DNA of 64,000 bases. It comes from Rhodosorus marinus CCMP1338. Lineage: Eukaryota; Plantae; Rhodophyta. The notes below the pieces were generated by a model, which searched no databases, had not been told where the DNA came from, and worked only from the letters and a program-made list of their open reading frames with translations. Below are positions 10,216 to 21,189 of this stretch, piece by piece. Positions within the stretch are counted from its first letter, which is position 1. Each line of letters begins with the position of its first letter. A program made the position numbers and the translations under genes. The stretch lies in assembly GCA_029953675.1 (NCBI GenBank), contig JAMWBK010000006.1, forward strand, positions 682,001 through 746,000, given 5' to 3'.

Positions 10216-13200
10216 CTATCTTCTCTTTTTTCGGGGTTGCTTGCCGCCCTTACTCCGTGCTTTCCTTCGCACCTTGTGAAGAACCATCGCGCCCTGTTTT
10301 CTTTTGTCCTTCTGCTTGTTTGAAGAACCTCCTCCCTTAGCTTTTCTTCCTTTGGCTGATCCAAACTTCTCTCTTCCTTCTCGTCCGGCACGGACGCTCT
10401 CCAGTCTCTCCTGAACATTTTCATTGCATTCGGTAATATGGTCTCAGGTCATTGTCCTCGGAGCTGTGCGGGCCGAGCGATTCTTACCTCCAATGTTCTT
10501 CTTGCTTTCTTCTTGTAGGTCTCAATATCACCAACGTCAATTACTTCCTCGGGTCTAGGTCGTTTGGACTGGAACACTGCGGCAAGGTCGTTTTCTGCCA
10601 GTTTTTCCTTGATTGCCTGGAAGTCTGCGTCGCCAAGTATTCGCTCCATGGCCAAGCTCTGCATTAAGAAAGCGGAGCGAAGGGAAGTTAGAACGCTCGG
10701 GAACCCGAGCCCAAACGGCCAGTTTTTTCCAACGCAAGTGGAAGAGCTACCTTAGGTACAGCACCGCTGACGTTTGCCACATGAGCAATTTCTTCTGGTT
10801 CATCAGATATGTCTTCCTCGTTCGCAATACCTTCGGCATCGTCGTCCTTCGAAAATGACAATCGCAGAGTACACTCAGTGAGCTAGACGCGAACACTCAG
10901 TTGAGGGCACTATTCTTCGCCTAGCCAGCTTGAGGCCCGTGTCGACTTACATCCGGGCTGCCTTCATTCTCGAGACTATCATAGTCTCCGTTGTCAACGA
11001 CTTCTTCTGCGCCGTCAACATTCAACTCTTCCTCCTCTCCGGAGTCCTCTTCCTTCAGCAAATTGACCCCTTCGATTGTTTCCTGCACATCAACGGCTCC
11101 ATACTTTGGAGTACTCACGCTTCCAGGCGTATTACCACGTCCACGATCCTTCTTCACAAGCAACGCAGGATTGATTTCTCGGTAGAGCTGTATCAAAGAT
11201 CTTTTCCAAGGGGGGGAGGACATCCTTTCAGAATTCCAGAAAACGAATGAAGGTGCATGCACCTCCCGGGGTCCAGCGTGCACTTGCCCCTATAGTTAAA
11301 GGCAGCTGCTCAAACTGGACAGGCGAGTGGATAATCAATGTCTAACAGAACGATTCGGTGCACCATTCAAGCCGTATAGCATGGGAATACTCAAATTCTG
11401 CAGACAGGACTAACATATATGCAATCACCAACATCAAAATAGAAAAGAACCGTCTCATTAGCATACCTTGCGGCCATACTAACTCCCTTGTCCCTGTGAG
11501 ATTTATACGCCGCCAAGTCCCGCAATAAAGCTGCTCTTCCCTCTACATCAGATTCCGCAACAGATTCATCCTCGATTGCGAGCGGTACTCGTGCACAGAT
11601 CTCACGAATCGAATTCAAGCCCACTGCGATGGTCTCTTCGGAGCATCTGCAAAATGTTTCGAAAACAAGGGACAGCACAGTAAGAACGTGGGTATTGTAC
11701 TGTGAAGAGAGTGACAAACTCGCTCATCATTCTACCCTTCGCTGTGTACTCCTTGCTCAGTTTGATCCGCTTCCATACCTGTCCGTAACAAACGTGTCGG
11801 CGATGGTCTTCACCATCGGCTGCACAGCGTCCGGAGGAACGAGGGAATGACATGCTTGAGCAAGGTAAGCAAGGATCACAGTCACTCTCTCCTGATGTGG
11901 TTGGAGGTATCGTTGCAATAACGGATACAGGTTCAGCACCAGCAGCTCATGAATTGAGATCATCCTTGTTATCAGATTTATCATGGTAAGCTTTGCATCG
12001 AAGCTGACGTTTTTCTTCCGGGTCTGAAGGTCGGAAAAAAGTCTTTCAGTGTACTCCTACACACGCATAAAAAGGTTCGAGTAGTAAGTACTGGGAAGAG
12101 CTGCTTTGAAAGCGTCATTTTTCCGCTGATTCTTCGGTTCTCAGGATCAGCAAGCCACGATCTTACTTGTGGATTGTTTATAAGCATTATCGCGGAAAAT
12201 GGATTTGCTTTCATCGCGCCGGCACTTCCGGAGCTGGGCTTTCTCTTCTTCTTCATCATTTTCTTCATTGCCTTCTGTACACGTGCTGACTTCCTCGCGT
12301 TCTTCTTTCCCGTGAGGTTGTACGACTGCGGAGATTCAGGTAGAAGGTTCAGTTGTTTGCATGTCAACCGCTAGACCATAGATTTAGTGCCTACCTTCCA
12401 CATTTCTTTGGCTCGCTTGGATGAACCGCCGTCCCCAGTATCATCGTCGGATTCATCATCACTTTCGCCTTCATCTTCGTTTTCGCCGCCATCACCTCTC
12501 GGCTTTTGTTCTGAGTCAAGGACGAACCTTGCAGCGATAATCATAACCTCAGGAGATGGGTGGAATACCGCGCTACCGATGACGTTCGCAGTTTTCTCAT
12601 CACACCAGATTTGCCTTCTGAACAGTTCAATGCTGAGGCCAACAGACCTCTTCACCAACGCAACGTCCGATCCCTACGAGCACTCTCTCAAAGGTAAGCT
12701 GTTCTGCATCTTTCTGTGAGCCTCTTCTTCGATGCCTGCTCACAGAAACAGTAGGAGCAGTGGCCTATTGTCCCATACACGCACCTCAATAGTCTTATAC
12801 ATAAACTTTTGCAAAGATTTCACCACTGCCTCGTTCCGATGCTTCTTGTTGGCGTGCTGCAGCGATGAAATGATGCTCGCGGATATAGACTTCCGAAGTT
12901 CCTTGTCACGAACAGAGAGAAGTTGGAAAAGCACTGGAACCATACTCTCAATTGATATTGCGTCTTTCCTGTACATGATAGTCGTCGACCTGTGGTAGTT
13001 CCAAGGAGAAAGGAGAGTTGGTCGACCGCCTTAGGTAGAGCCGTGTGATTAAAATTACGATAGCGATGAAAGAAAAGCAAGCTTATGCAATCATCTGAGC
13101 CTGAACCCCAAGGCTTCCGGATAAATTCTGTCCAATTTCTCGAGGGCTAAATGTCGGAGTAGTTTGTTGCTTACTTGACAAGCGAACGTCTGAGGTCATG

Positions 13201-13458
13201 ATGCATAGAAGCCCCGTACTCCTTCAGCAACCTGATGTGGTGGTCAGCTGCCTTCCTTCCCTCAATTGGGTAGGCTGACGAAACATGAGCCATGAACGAG
13301 CTCAGATTCTCCAACTGTTTGCTCTCCATCGATGGCCTGAGTTCTGTAGAGGCCACAAGAGCTTGAAACTGTCCGTACTGAGTGAGAAACTCTGTACGGT
13401 AGGAGTCCGGATCCCGCCGGCAGCTTGACTGGAGCTCTTGTAGTCCTATAGAAGGCAT
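10216..13458 (-). CDS. SDA1: SDA1, 60S ribosome biogenesis/export factor (multi-exon)
   Basis: LQELQSSCRRDPDSYRTEFLTQY; IELFRRQIWCDEKTANVI; LYPLLQRYLQPHQERVTVILAYLAQACHSLVPPD; ETIAVGLNSIREICARVP; MAARSLIQLYREINPALLVKKDRGR; RILGDADF; basic C-terminus ending KQPRKKRR* at 10216. All introns are GT-AG. An extra 5' exon up to ~13650 is possible. Confidence 0.92.
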
Positions 13459-14056
13459 TCTTGCTTCTGAGGTGAGCAACCTGGTAAACCTGTACAGAGT
13501 CCGTTGCTGAGGATTTTTGCTTGGGGTGTCAGATCAATGCTTTACGCGAGCTCCAAGCTCCCCGGCAAGTACAACCGTCTGCTGGCCTGGCGGGAGCAGC
13601 GAAGACGTCGACGCTTTCTCACTATAGACAGCCCCGGGCATGACCGCATTAATCTCGCCAACACAGCTAAACCATGGAAGGTAAACGATTAAGGTCAGTT
13701 GCAATGAAAAATCCTCGAGACGGAAACGGGAGAGGGACAGGGCCGAGTGTCCACAAACCTGGTTTGCACGAGAAGCGCGCACCTTTTTTCGTCTGTTGAA
13801 CCCACAGACCCCGCAGATTTCCCAAACGGAAGAAAAGGCTCTGCGCAAAGCTAAATTTGTCAGGAACCCCTGTGTTTTACCCAATTCTCCCCCTTGTCAA
13901 CACAGAAAGACCTACCTGCGTTTTCGAGGTTCAGTGCTTGTTCATGGAAATAAACTTCGTCAGCTCCTAGGCACTTATCAACAGAGCTGAGAAGCCACTT
14001 CTAACCATCAGCTTCCATCCACTTACCCTCATTTATAACATCTCCCGTACTCCACG

Positions 14057-14359
14057 AACGGAATTTGGCCCCCTCAGTAACATTGGCCGGGAATACCCCA
14101 ACATGGAACTCCGTGGCTCGGCAACATTGGCCTATACCCGAAACGGAATTTGGCCCCGACGTAACAATGGCCGTGAACGTCGAATAGAATTCTGCCTTTG
14201 GTCTCAAGTTGTCCATATCGTGTTTTTTTGGAAAAACAAATATACAAACTCGCTTTTTTGGACGGGTTGGGAAGGTTTTTGCAGCGTTTGGTGAGACGAT
14301 CGGGAGAGTCGGACTGTCGACTTGGAGAAGCGTATAAGGACAGTTTTGGTTTTAAGAAC
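14057..14359 (+). repeat. Diverged copy of the NAA20 upstream region, with an internal 85-bp-period repeat
   Basis: AACGGAATTTGGCCCC..GTAACA(T/A)TGGCCG occurs at 14057 and 14142. The core 14302-14342 matches 16374-16415 at 35 of 42 aligned columns (manual alignment). Confidence 0.8.
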
Positions 14360-14629
14360 AAGCAGGTTTGGTTACTGTACACATTCATGAAATCTACGCT
14401 GTATTAATGAACGCCGGTTTGTGGTCTGAAGCGCGTACCCCCGTCTTCAGTGAGTTTTTTGCTCTCAGAGTAGTTAGTCTGAGAAGGGCACTTGTCTTGT
14501 CAACAAAACGAGTTTGCAGATCCTAGGGAGTTATTGGTTTAGGATACCTATCACGGACGAATTACTCATCGTTTTCGACGCATATGTAAGCGAGGAGGGA
14601 GGCCCACCATTGTGGCTTGTTCAGAGCCG

Positions 14630-15470
14630 TCGCCGCCTTCAGAAAACCTCGCGGCCTCTACGAGCTGCAATAAGAGGGCTTCGTCGGTTGGTAAGGCGCT
14701 CCGAAAATCCGCTGAAGTTTCCGGGCTTCACTGTAGTAGAACCCCAACAAAGCCTCAACCGGTTCTCTTGGATGTTTTTTAAAGTCCTCAAACCTCAGAC
14801 TGTGAAAACCCGAGTATGCCAGTTCGTGGTTACATTTCCAAAGAAGAACTCCGGAAAATCAGCTCTAAAGTACTTCGTAGTCCAAGTCTTCGTCATCGTG
14901 CTCCTCAACTACCTCTAGGTTAAGCTTTTTGGCCGACAGCTGCAGTATTTAGCCTAGGTCTTGCATCTTCCGTTGTTCGGTTGCACGAAGAACTTCGCCA
15001 CAGTCTTCAATGTTATCGATTAAGTTGTAGAAGTTGTGGTCAGCATCCAAGTCCCATTTCTCACGTGGAACCTTCGCGAGGTCGCGAATTGTTTTCCCTT
15101 TGAGGGATTTTCTGTCTTGACTTCGCCCCGGGGCGTCTGGGCCAGTCCCCATTAGAGTTTTCAGTGCACTTTGATGTGCTAGGGTTCTGGCGTCAGCCTG
15201 CCATGACGGTAGCGGTCTCCAGGTTGCATTCAGCTCTCGCAGTGTTACAGCCGCTGGGTTCCCTGTACTTTGGATTAACTGCTTAAGCCCTTGAAGCGAT
15301 CTAGAGGCCTCTCACGTGTGGAATATAAATTCCTCGGCATCTGAGCTCTCGTCGCAGGGTCACCTTCACTACCGTGAATGTGTTTTCACATCTTCCCCCT
15401 CATTCGCTGCAGGTACTCATAGATCTCTTCTGGCGAAAAAGCACACGGTCCGAAGCGTCCCCAGACAGGA
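14630..15470 (-). mobile_element. Degenerate Ty1/copia-type gag relic (frameshifted, no pol)
   Basis: Stitched frames give TLRRELRCRGIYIPHVRGL*IA/QGLKQLIQ...FYNLIDNIEDCGEVLRA...FHSLRFEDFKKHPREPVEALLGFYYSEARKLQRIFGAPYQ/TDEALLLQLVEAARF. This resembles, from memory, gag of red-algal and powdery-mildew copia elements (LRxxLRxRGVYV; LQxxLxxxYxxDxxLxxxL). Not database-confirmed. Confidence 0.5.
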
Positions 15471-16197
15471 ATCTACTGTTAGCATTGTGATTGTATCTTA
15501 TGGATCTAATTTTTTGGTTCAGAGGGGTTTTTCTTCTGCTCGAGTTCGTTAGCCGTTGTCAGTTCGCACACGATTACTGATTCCTACGATGTTGTAAAAG
15601 CGGTGATTTGATCCGACCCATACTTCAAACATAATTCGTAAGTCATACAGGCTAAATATCTACGGGCTTAAACGGAATCCTGGGGCAATATCTGATGGAC
15701 TTCCGCGTTCCAAAAGCGCCGGAGAAAGAGGGTTTGACACGACACGAACAATACCGTTTTCGTGAAACTCTCTTCCACTAACCGTTCTATCTGCACCCCA
15801 TTCTTCTCCACCTCCCGCCAAAAAACGCATCGGGTCGAAGGCCACTCCGACATTGGTCTTCCAAGACGAGCTGGGGCGTTGCGAAAGAAGCTACGAGGCC
15901 AACGACAATCTACTCTGTCTAGAAGATCAAAACGCTAGTAAGAGGACTAGCTGATAGTCCTATATTATAAGCGAGTCGCGAAAACTAGAGTGCGATAGGG
16001 CCTAGGGGTACTGCGACTCTACCCATTCGTCTAAGTTTGAGTATCGGCAGCTCCACCATAGACATCGCAGGCAGGAGGATATCGTGTGGTCTGAGGATAC
16101 AGTATGGAGATGTCAATCCACGTACTCCTGAGAGCAGCTAGATCTTAGACCACCAGGTTCTCTACCTAGACATCCGGCGAAAGGAGTTTCGTGACCT

Positions 16198-16431
16198 GGT
16201 AACAGTAGCCACGAGCGCAATCTGGAATTTTGGCCCGGGAACAATGGCCCAGTTCTCTCCCAGTGGCCAACGTATTTGTTTTGAAAAATGAGATGAATTT
16301 GTGTCCTAAACAGGGTTGTGAATAGAAGACGTTTTTTGACAGGTATTAAGTTCGACGTTTGGAAGAAGGCAGAGGGAAAGCCGGACTGCGGACTTTGGAG
16401 AAGTGTACAAGGACAAGCCGTTTTTAGGAAC
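16198..16431 (+). promoter_or_regulatory. NAA20 promoter/5'UTR with motif cluster (second copy of the 14.1-14.36 kb repeat)
   Basis: GTAACAGTAGCC, GGAATTTTGGCCC, GAACAATGGCC and CAGTGGCC cluster at 16198-16268. Similarity to the 14.1 kb copy ends about 5 nt before the NAA20 ATG. Regulatory function is inferred from position only. Confidence 0.45.
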
Positions 16432-16435
16432 CGTC

Positions 16436-17449
16436 ATGGCGACCACAAGAAGGTTGACTACTGATGATCTTTACAAGTTCAACCTGGTGAACCTTGACCC
16501 GTTTACCGTGACGGTGAGCACTTTTGACTGTGGTTGTTTCTCTTCTGGTTTGTCGGGGATCATTTTGGATCTCGTCCCGGCCATATTGTGGTTTTCTTGA
16601 AATGGACTGATTAGGACACACCTTCTTCGCTTCCGAATGGACTATAGTTTAATATGCATTTCTATTTTCAGTACATGTCGCAATGGCCTGACTTTCAGAA
16701 AGTGATGCTATCACCTAACGGAACAATCATGGGCTACAGTGAGTGATTTCTAGCCCACATGAAGCTGCCGCCTTGGCGCGAGTACGTTATGCCTTGTGCT
16801 CCGAGTTTCAGAAGCTAACTTCTTCTTTTCTGCGGCTCGTCAAAACTCAAAATATACAGTGATCGGCAAGGCAGAGGGAACTGGGGAGAACTGGCACGGA
16901 CACGTTTCTGCAGTAACCGTTGCCCCTGAGTATCGACGACTTGGCCTAGCTAGGAAACTTATGGATTTCATTGAAGAACTTTCTGAGAAGATGTAGGTTG
17001 GAGCCCCTCCCCATTCCACCCAGCTTCTGCACTCACCATAAGGGCCTGGACACATAGGGCCTTCTGCTTGTGCTGAACTCTTAATGCACGAGAATAACAA
17101 TCCTTCAATGCTCCGACAGATTCAACTGCTATTTTGTCGATCTGTTCGTCCGAGTCACCAACACGGTTGCTATAGACATGTACAAAAACTTCGGTTATGT
17201 TGTGTACAAAACGGTTAAGGAGTACTACAGTGGTAACGAGGACGCGTATGGTACGTTTTGATCAGCACCACTACCTTGTTTTATTGGAAGACGTTTGCGG
17301 AAATAAGTTCATGCTTTCCTCTAACGATATCGAAATCTTTGCGATTCACCCCAGATATGAGAAAAGCTCTTGGTCGAGATGTGCAGCGAAAGTCTATGAT
17401 CCCGTTACCTAACCCTGTACACATCTCTGACTTGAAAATACCGTTGTGA
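16436..17449 (+). CDS. NAA20: N-alpha-acetyltransferase 20 (NatB catalytic subunit)
   Basis: MATTRRLTTDDLYKFNLVNLDPFTVT-FNMHFYFQYMSQWPD; IGKAEGTGENWHGHVSAVTVAPEYRRLGLARKLM; YFVDLFVRVTNTVAIDMYKNFGYVVYKTVKEYYSGNEDAYDMRKAL. Four GT-AG introns. Confidence 0.95.
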
Positions 17450-17481
17450 TAAGCCAAGGGTTGCGTGTTGATAAGTTCAAG

Positions 17482-20356
17482 TCAATTTATTCCCGTGAAA
17501 CACTTTTGATACATGTCATAGCCTTTGGTAGTCCAGTTCCTGATGCTGATGTCAACGAGTGAGTCCCACTTGCGCCTGCGCTCCTTGCTGTTCTTCTTCG
17601 GGAGGAACCTCTCCTTCAAGCTTGTCAGCACGTACTCGCGACCCCTCGTGAAGCAGGGCATTGATTCGTTTCCTTGGTACATCATGTCCACCATAAGCAG
17701 AATCTTGTTTGCGAATGACGAATTGCAGGCTTCAGCATACCTACAGCAAGAACCGATTTCAAGTAAAACAGGTAGTTCAAAAGCTGTTAGTGTCCAGTAA
17801 CTGGGAAATGTACATGGCTCTAAAACTATAATAGATGAGAGAGCCTACCCGACCCTGCTCAGTTTCCTAAACTTCTTAAGGTTGCTGCTGTCGGGTCCAC
17901 CCAAGACGGCTAGCAGCTCATTGCTCAGTTTGAAGGGTGCTTTCTCGAACTCAAAATTCCCACCCGGGGAATTGCTAAGGAGAAACCCAAAATCGATGTG
18001 AACAAGTCTACCATTCGCGTCAAGCATAATGTTGCCGTTGTGTCTATCTTTGATCTGCAGGATGTAGGACACGACAGCATAGCCTGCCATTGACTCAATG
18101 AAGTTATTCATTGCTTTCTTGTAGGATGATGAGCTTGGTTCTCCGAAACTCTTCTTGAAGAATTCTAGATAAAACAAGAGGACTCTGTTAGAGGGATAAT
18201 TGGACTCGATGCGAACAATTTCGGAGTCCTCACCAGCCAGAGTATTCACTCCAAGGTTCGTAGGTATGGAGCTCTTGATCGAATGAATTGACTTCGCGTC
18301 AAAAATGCATTCGATGAAGCCAGAAGTCGAGGAAGTAGCCAGAATTCTGTACGTGCTCACCCACAAATCCACTTTCCGTGACCGCTTATACATATGTGCA
18401 AACCTGGACAATATGCGGATAGTTGGAATGATCAGCCCGCTGTTCGCAACGGCTCGTGTACTCTTTCCACCTACTCTGTGACCAACGTCTGAGCAAACAT
18501 TTCCTGCCTCAGTTGATCTCGTGCTTTTACAATGACCGCCGTCAGGCGCCAGTTGGGGTTGTCACCATACTTGGACGACCTCCTCAACCTTGGTTTTAAG
18601 AAACCCGATAGAAAAAAAGATGTATGTATTAGTACTGGGTTTGGGCAAGCCAGCCCGTTGCCGTGATCATCGTCGAACCTCTCCGACTTGGGGCGCCACA
18701 ACTCTTGAAATCCGATTTCACTGTCAGCATTTTCATTGCCCTCGGCAACCAACTTCCCATCGACTGACGTTGCTCTCTCCGGCAAAGTTGGGTCAATGTC
18801 TCCCTCTTCATCTACATTGTCGTCGCCTTCAACCTTGGCAATGAAGTCGAAAGTTCCTTGGCGGCGGTTTGCAAGATCTTCAGTTTGCTTCACCTTTCGC
18901 TCATCTACGGCGGAAAAATCCTCCACTTCTAGAGTGAGAAAGTAAGGAGACCGTTCCTTGGTCGAAAACACGAAGGACTCCTCCGGTACCACTCTTAGGA
19001 CCCGGTGGGCCTTGTTCTGATCATACGACAAAAGGAAAATGATGGATGCTGTACGTTAGCATACCTGCCACAAGTAAGCGGAAACAGTTCTTGGATTTGA
19101 AACCCACGTCAACAGGAACGTATACGTTGCGGGGCAAGAACTCGTTCAGCTTCTCCAATTCTCGCCTCAATGCTGCAAGACGCTCAGGTTTCTCGATTAA
19201 AAAAAGGTCCCGGGAAATATCCGTTAAGCACGTGACGAAATCTCTCTGCGCACTGTAAAAGTCCCCGCTGTAAAAAGATAGAAAGGTTCGAGATCTTCAG
19301 TTAATGCCACTCCGGAAACGCATAGTGCTAGTCGCAAAATCAGCAATCCAGAGGTCCGTACCCTTCCTTTTGAACTGCCATCCAGTCCTTAAGCTCATCT
19401 CGATCCAAATCCCTCAATCTGCCAAAGCTGATTTTGCTAACATCTTGATCATCCTCCTGGCCTTCAGTTTCACCCTCCTTGTTTGGAAGCCCGGACAACA
19501 CTGCCGCCTCTATCTGCAGCAAAAGACTGACGATTTTGTGCTCGGATTCCTGGCGCCAAGTACGAGCACTGGTAAGTGGTAAGTCTACGCGTCAAGGTCC
19601 GCGGTCAAATTCATAGATATGTGCTGCTCTCACCGGAGCAAGCTGTAACGAGGACTGCAAATAAAATACGCAGTTCAGTGCAATATCTACGGAATCGGAA
19701 CATATTCGCATTAACGCCGTTTCGAGGCTCTCAGTGTTCTTGTCCTTCTCCTGGTCAATTCAGGAACACAAATGTCATATTGTCAGCGCGCAATGCAAGT
19801 TCGGACAGGATGCTGTTCCATGAAGGCGGGTGAGCGTACGAGGTGTTTCGTCGTGTCCAGCGATGTGTCGCTGTTATTGCTGGAGTTGGATCTCCGCCGG
19901 TAGCTCGCTTCTGAGGTTGTCTTTCGGAGGTCCTTGTACCCGTAGAGGATAGCATTAAGTATCATGGGGATCAGCATCCTCAGCGCAGCTCGATCAGCTC
20001 GTGCAAGAGCGAGCAGCTCGCCAGCGCAGTCCTCGTGGGCATAGATCTTGGAAAGAGTGCTGAGTTCCTGAGCTCACGGAAGAAAGACTCGTTACTGCTC
20101 AGACAACGCTCAAGAAAGCCCCAAGCCGTACGTCGATCGGGGATGTACCCGCGGCCACTAAAAGCAACCAGTGAAGTCTTACCTTTTCAAACGTCGAACC
20201 CCTCTTCTGTTGGGATTTGAGACTTTTCACTACATCCTCTCTGGAAATGCCCCCTGAGTCAAACAGAAACTCCTCAGGGACGGTTTCTTCGACGTCAGAA
20301 GCAGTGGACGACACGTCGTCCGCGACCCTCCCCACACAGCACCTGCGAATCGACAT
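17482..20356 (-). CDS. PI4KB: Type III phosphatidylinositol 4-kinase beta (Pik1-like)
   Basis: VLRVVPEESFVFSTKERSPYFLTLEV; LRRSSKYGDNPNWRLTAVIVKARDQLRQE; FIESMAGYAVVSYILQIKDRHNGNIMLDANGRLVHIDFGFLLSNSPGGNFEFEKAPFKL; SLVDISIRNWTTKGYDMYQKCFTGIN*. Start codon approximate. Confidence 0.92.
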
Positions 20357-21189
20357 TTATCCCCTCCCCAAGCGCTCAAGACAAGGAATCCTGGAATACA
20401 CTTAGGACTCTCCCATTCTCGTCTCTAGCGTACTCCAAATCCTGCCATACCTCCCCCAAACTCCCTCCCCCAAACCATACCATATCGACAAGCTCCCACC
20501 CTGAGGTCCATGCTAGGTACCCACCCTTGCCCAGAGAGAACAACAGATTCTCAAGACTTTCAAAATTATTAATAATATTTGTCTGGCCATGTCACCAGGG
20601 CCAATATTGCTAGCGAGTCCATCAGGCGATGAGGCTATGGGGCTATGGGGCACGCCAACGCTTGGGCCGCTATCGGATTCTGAGAGACCTTCATGAGGCG
20701 ATAGGGCGAGTTCTCGTGATGAGGCATGCCCTATGAAGATAAATATTTTTAATTTTGTTCCGAACCCGCAAAGCCGGAATCCACCTTCTCACAGCGAAGA
20801 CCGTTTCAAAGCACTCTCAGGGAGGGAAAGTCGAACGACGACCCTTGAAGGGACTAAAAGAGGTCGTGAACTTTCTGAAGTCAATAAAAAGCGTACCGAA
20901 CGGCTGAAGAGGTCAAGAACGGGGTCAGAATGGGAGTAACTAGATATGTTTTTCCGTAGTATCAACTCTATTTGTGCATTTGCAAGGCTGAGAACCACCC
21001 TAAAACCCTGGCTAGCAGGCTTGGCTGTTTGTGGTTTGTTTGAAGCAAAGATGGACCGAATTTCCCAGTGGAAATTGCTAGCGCGCAATGGAAAATCATT
21101 TTCTGTTTTCTGCCGTTGTTCGCCATTGAAGGAGTGGCCGACCACCAGTAGGTTCTTTGGTAAAGCGTTCACGGGTACTAGTGGGTTCT

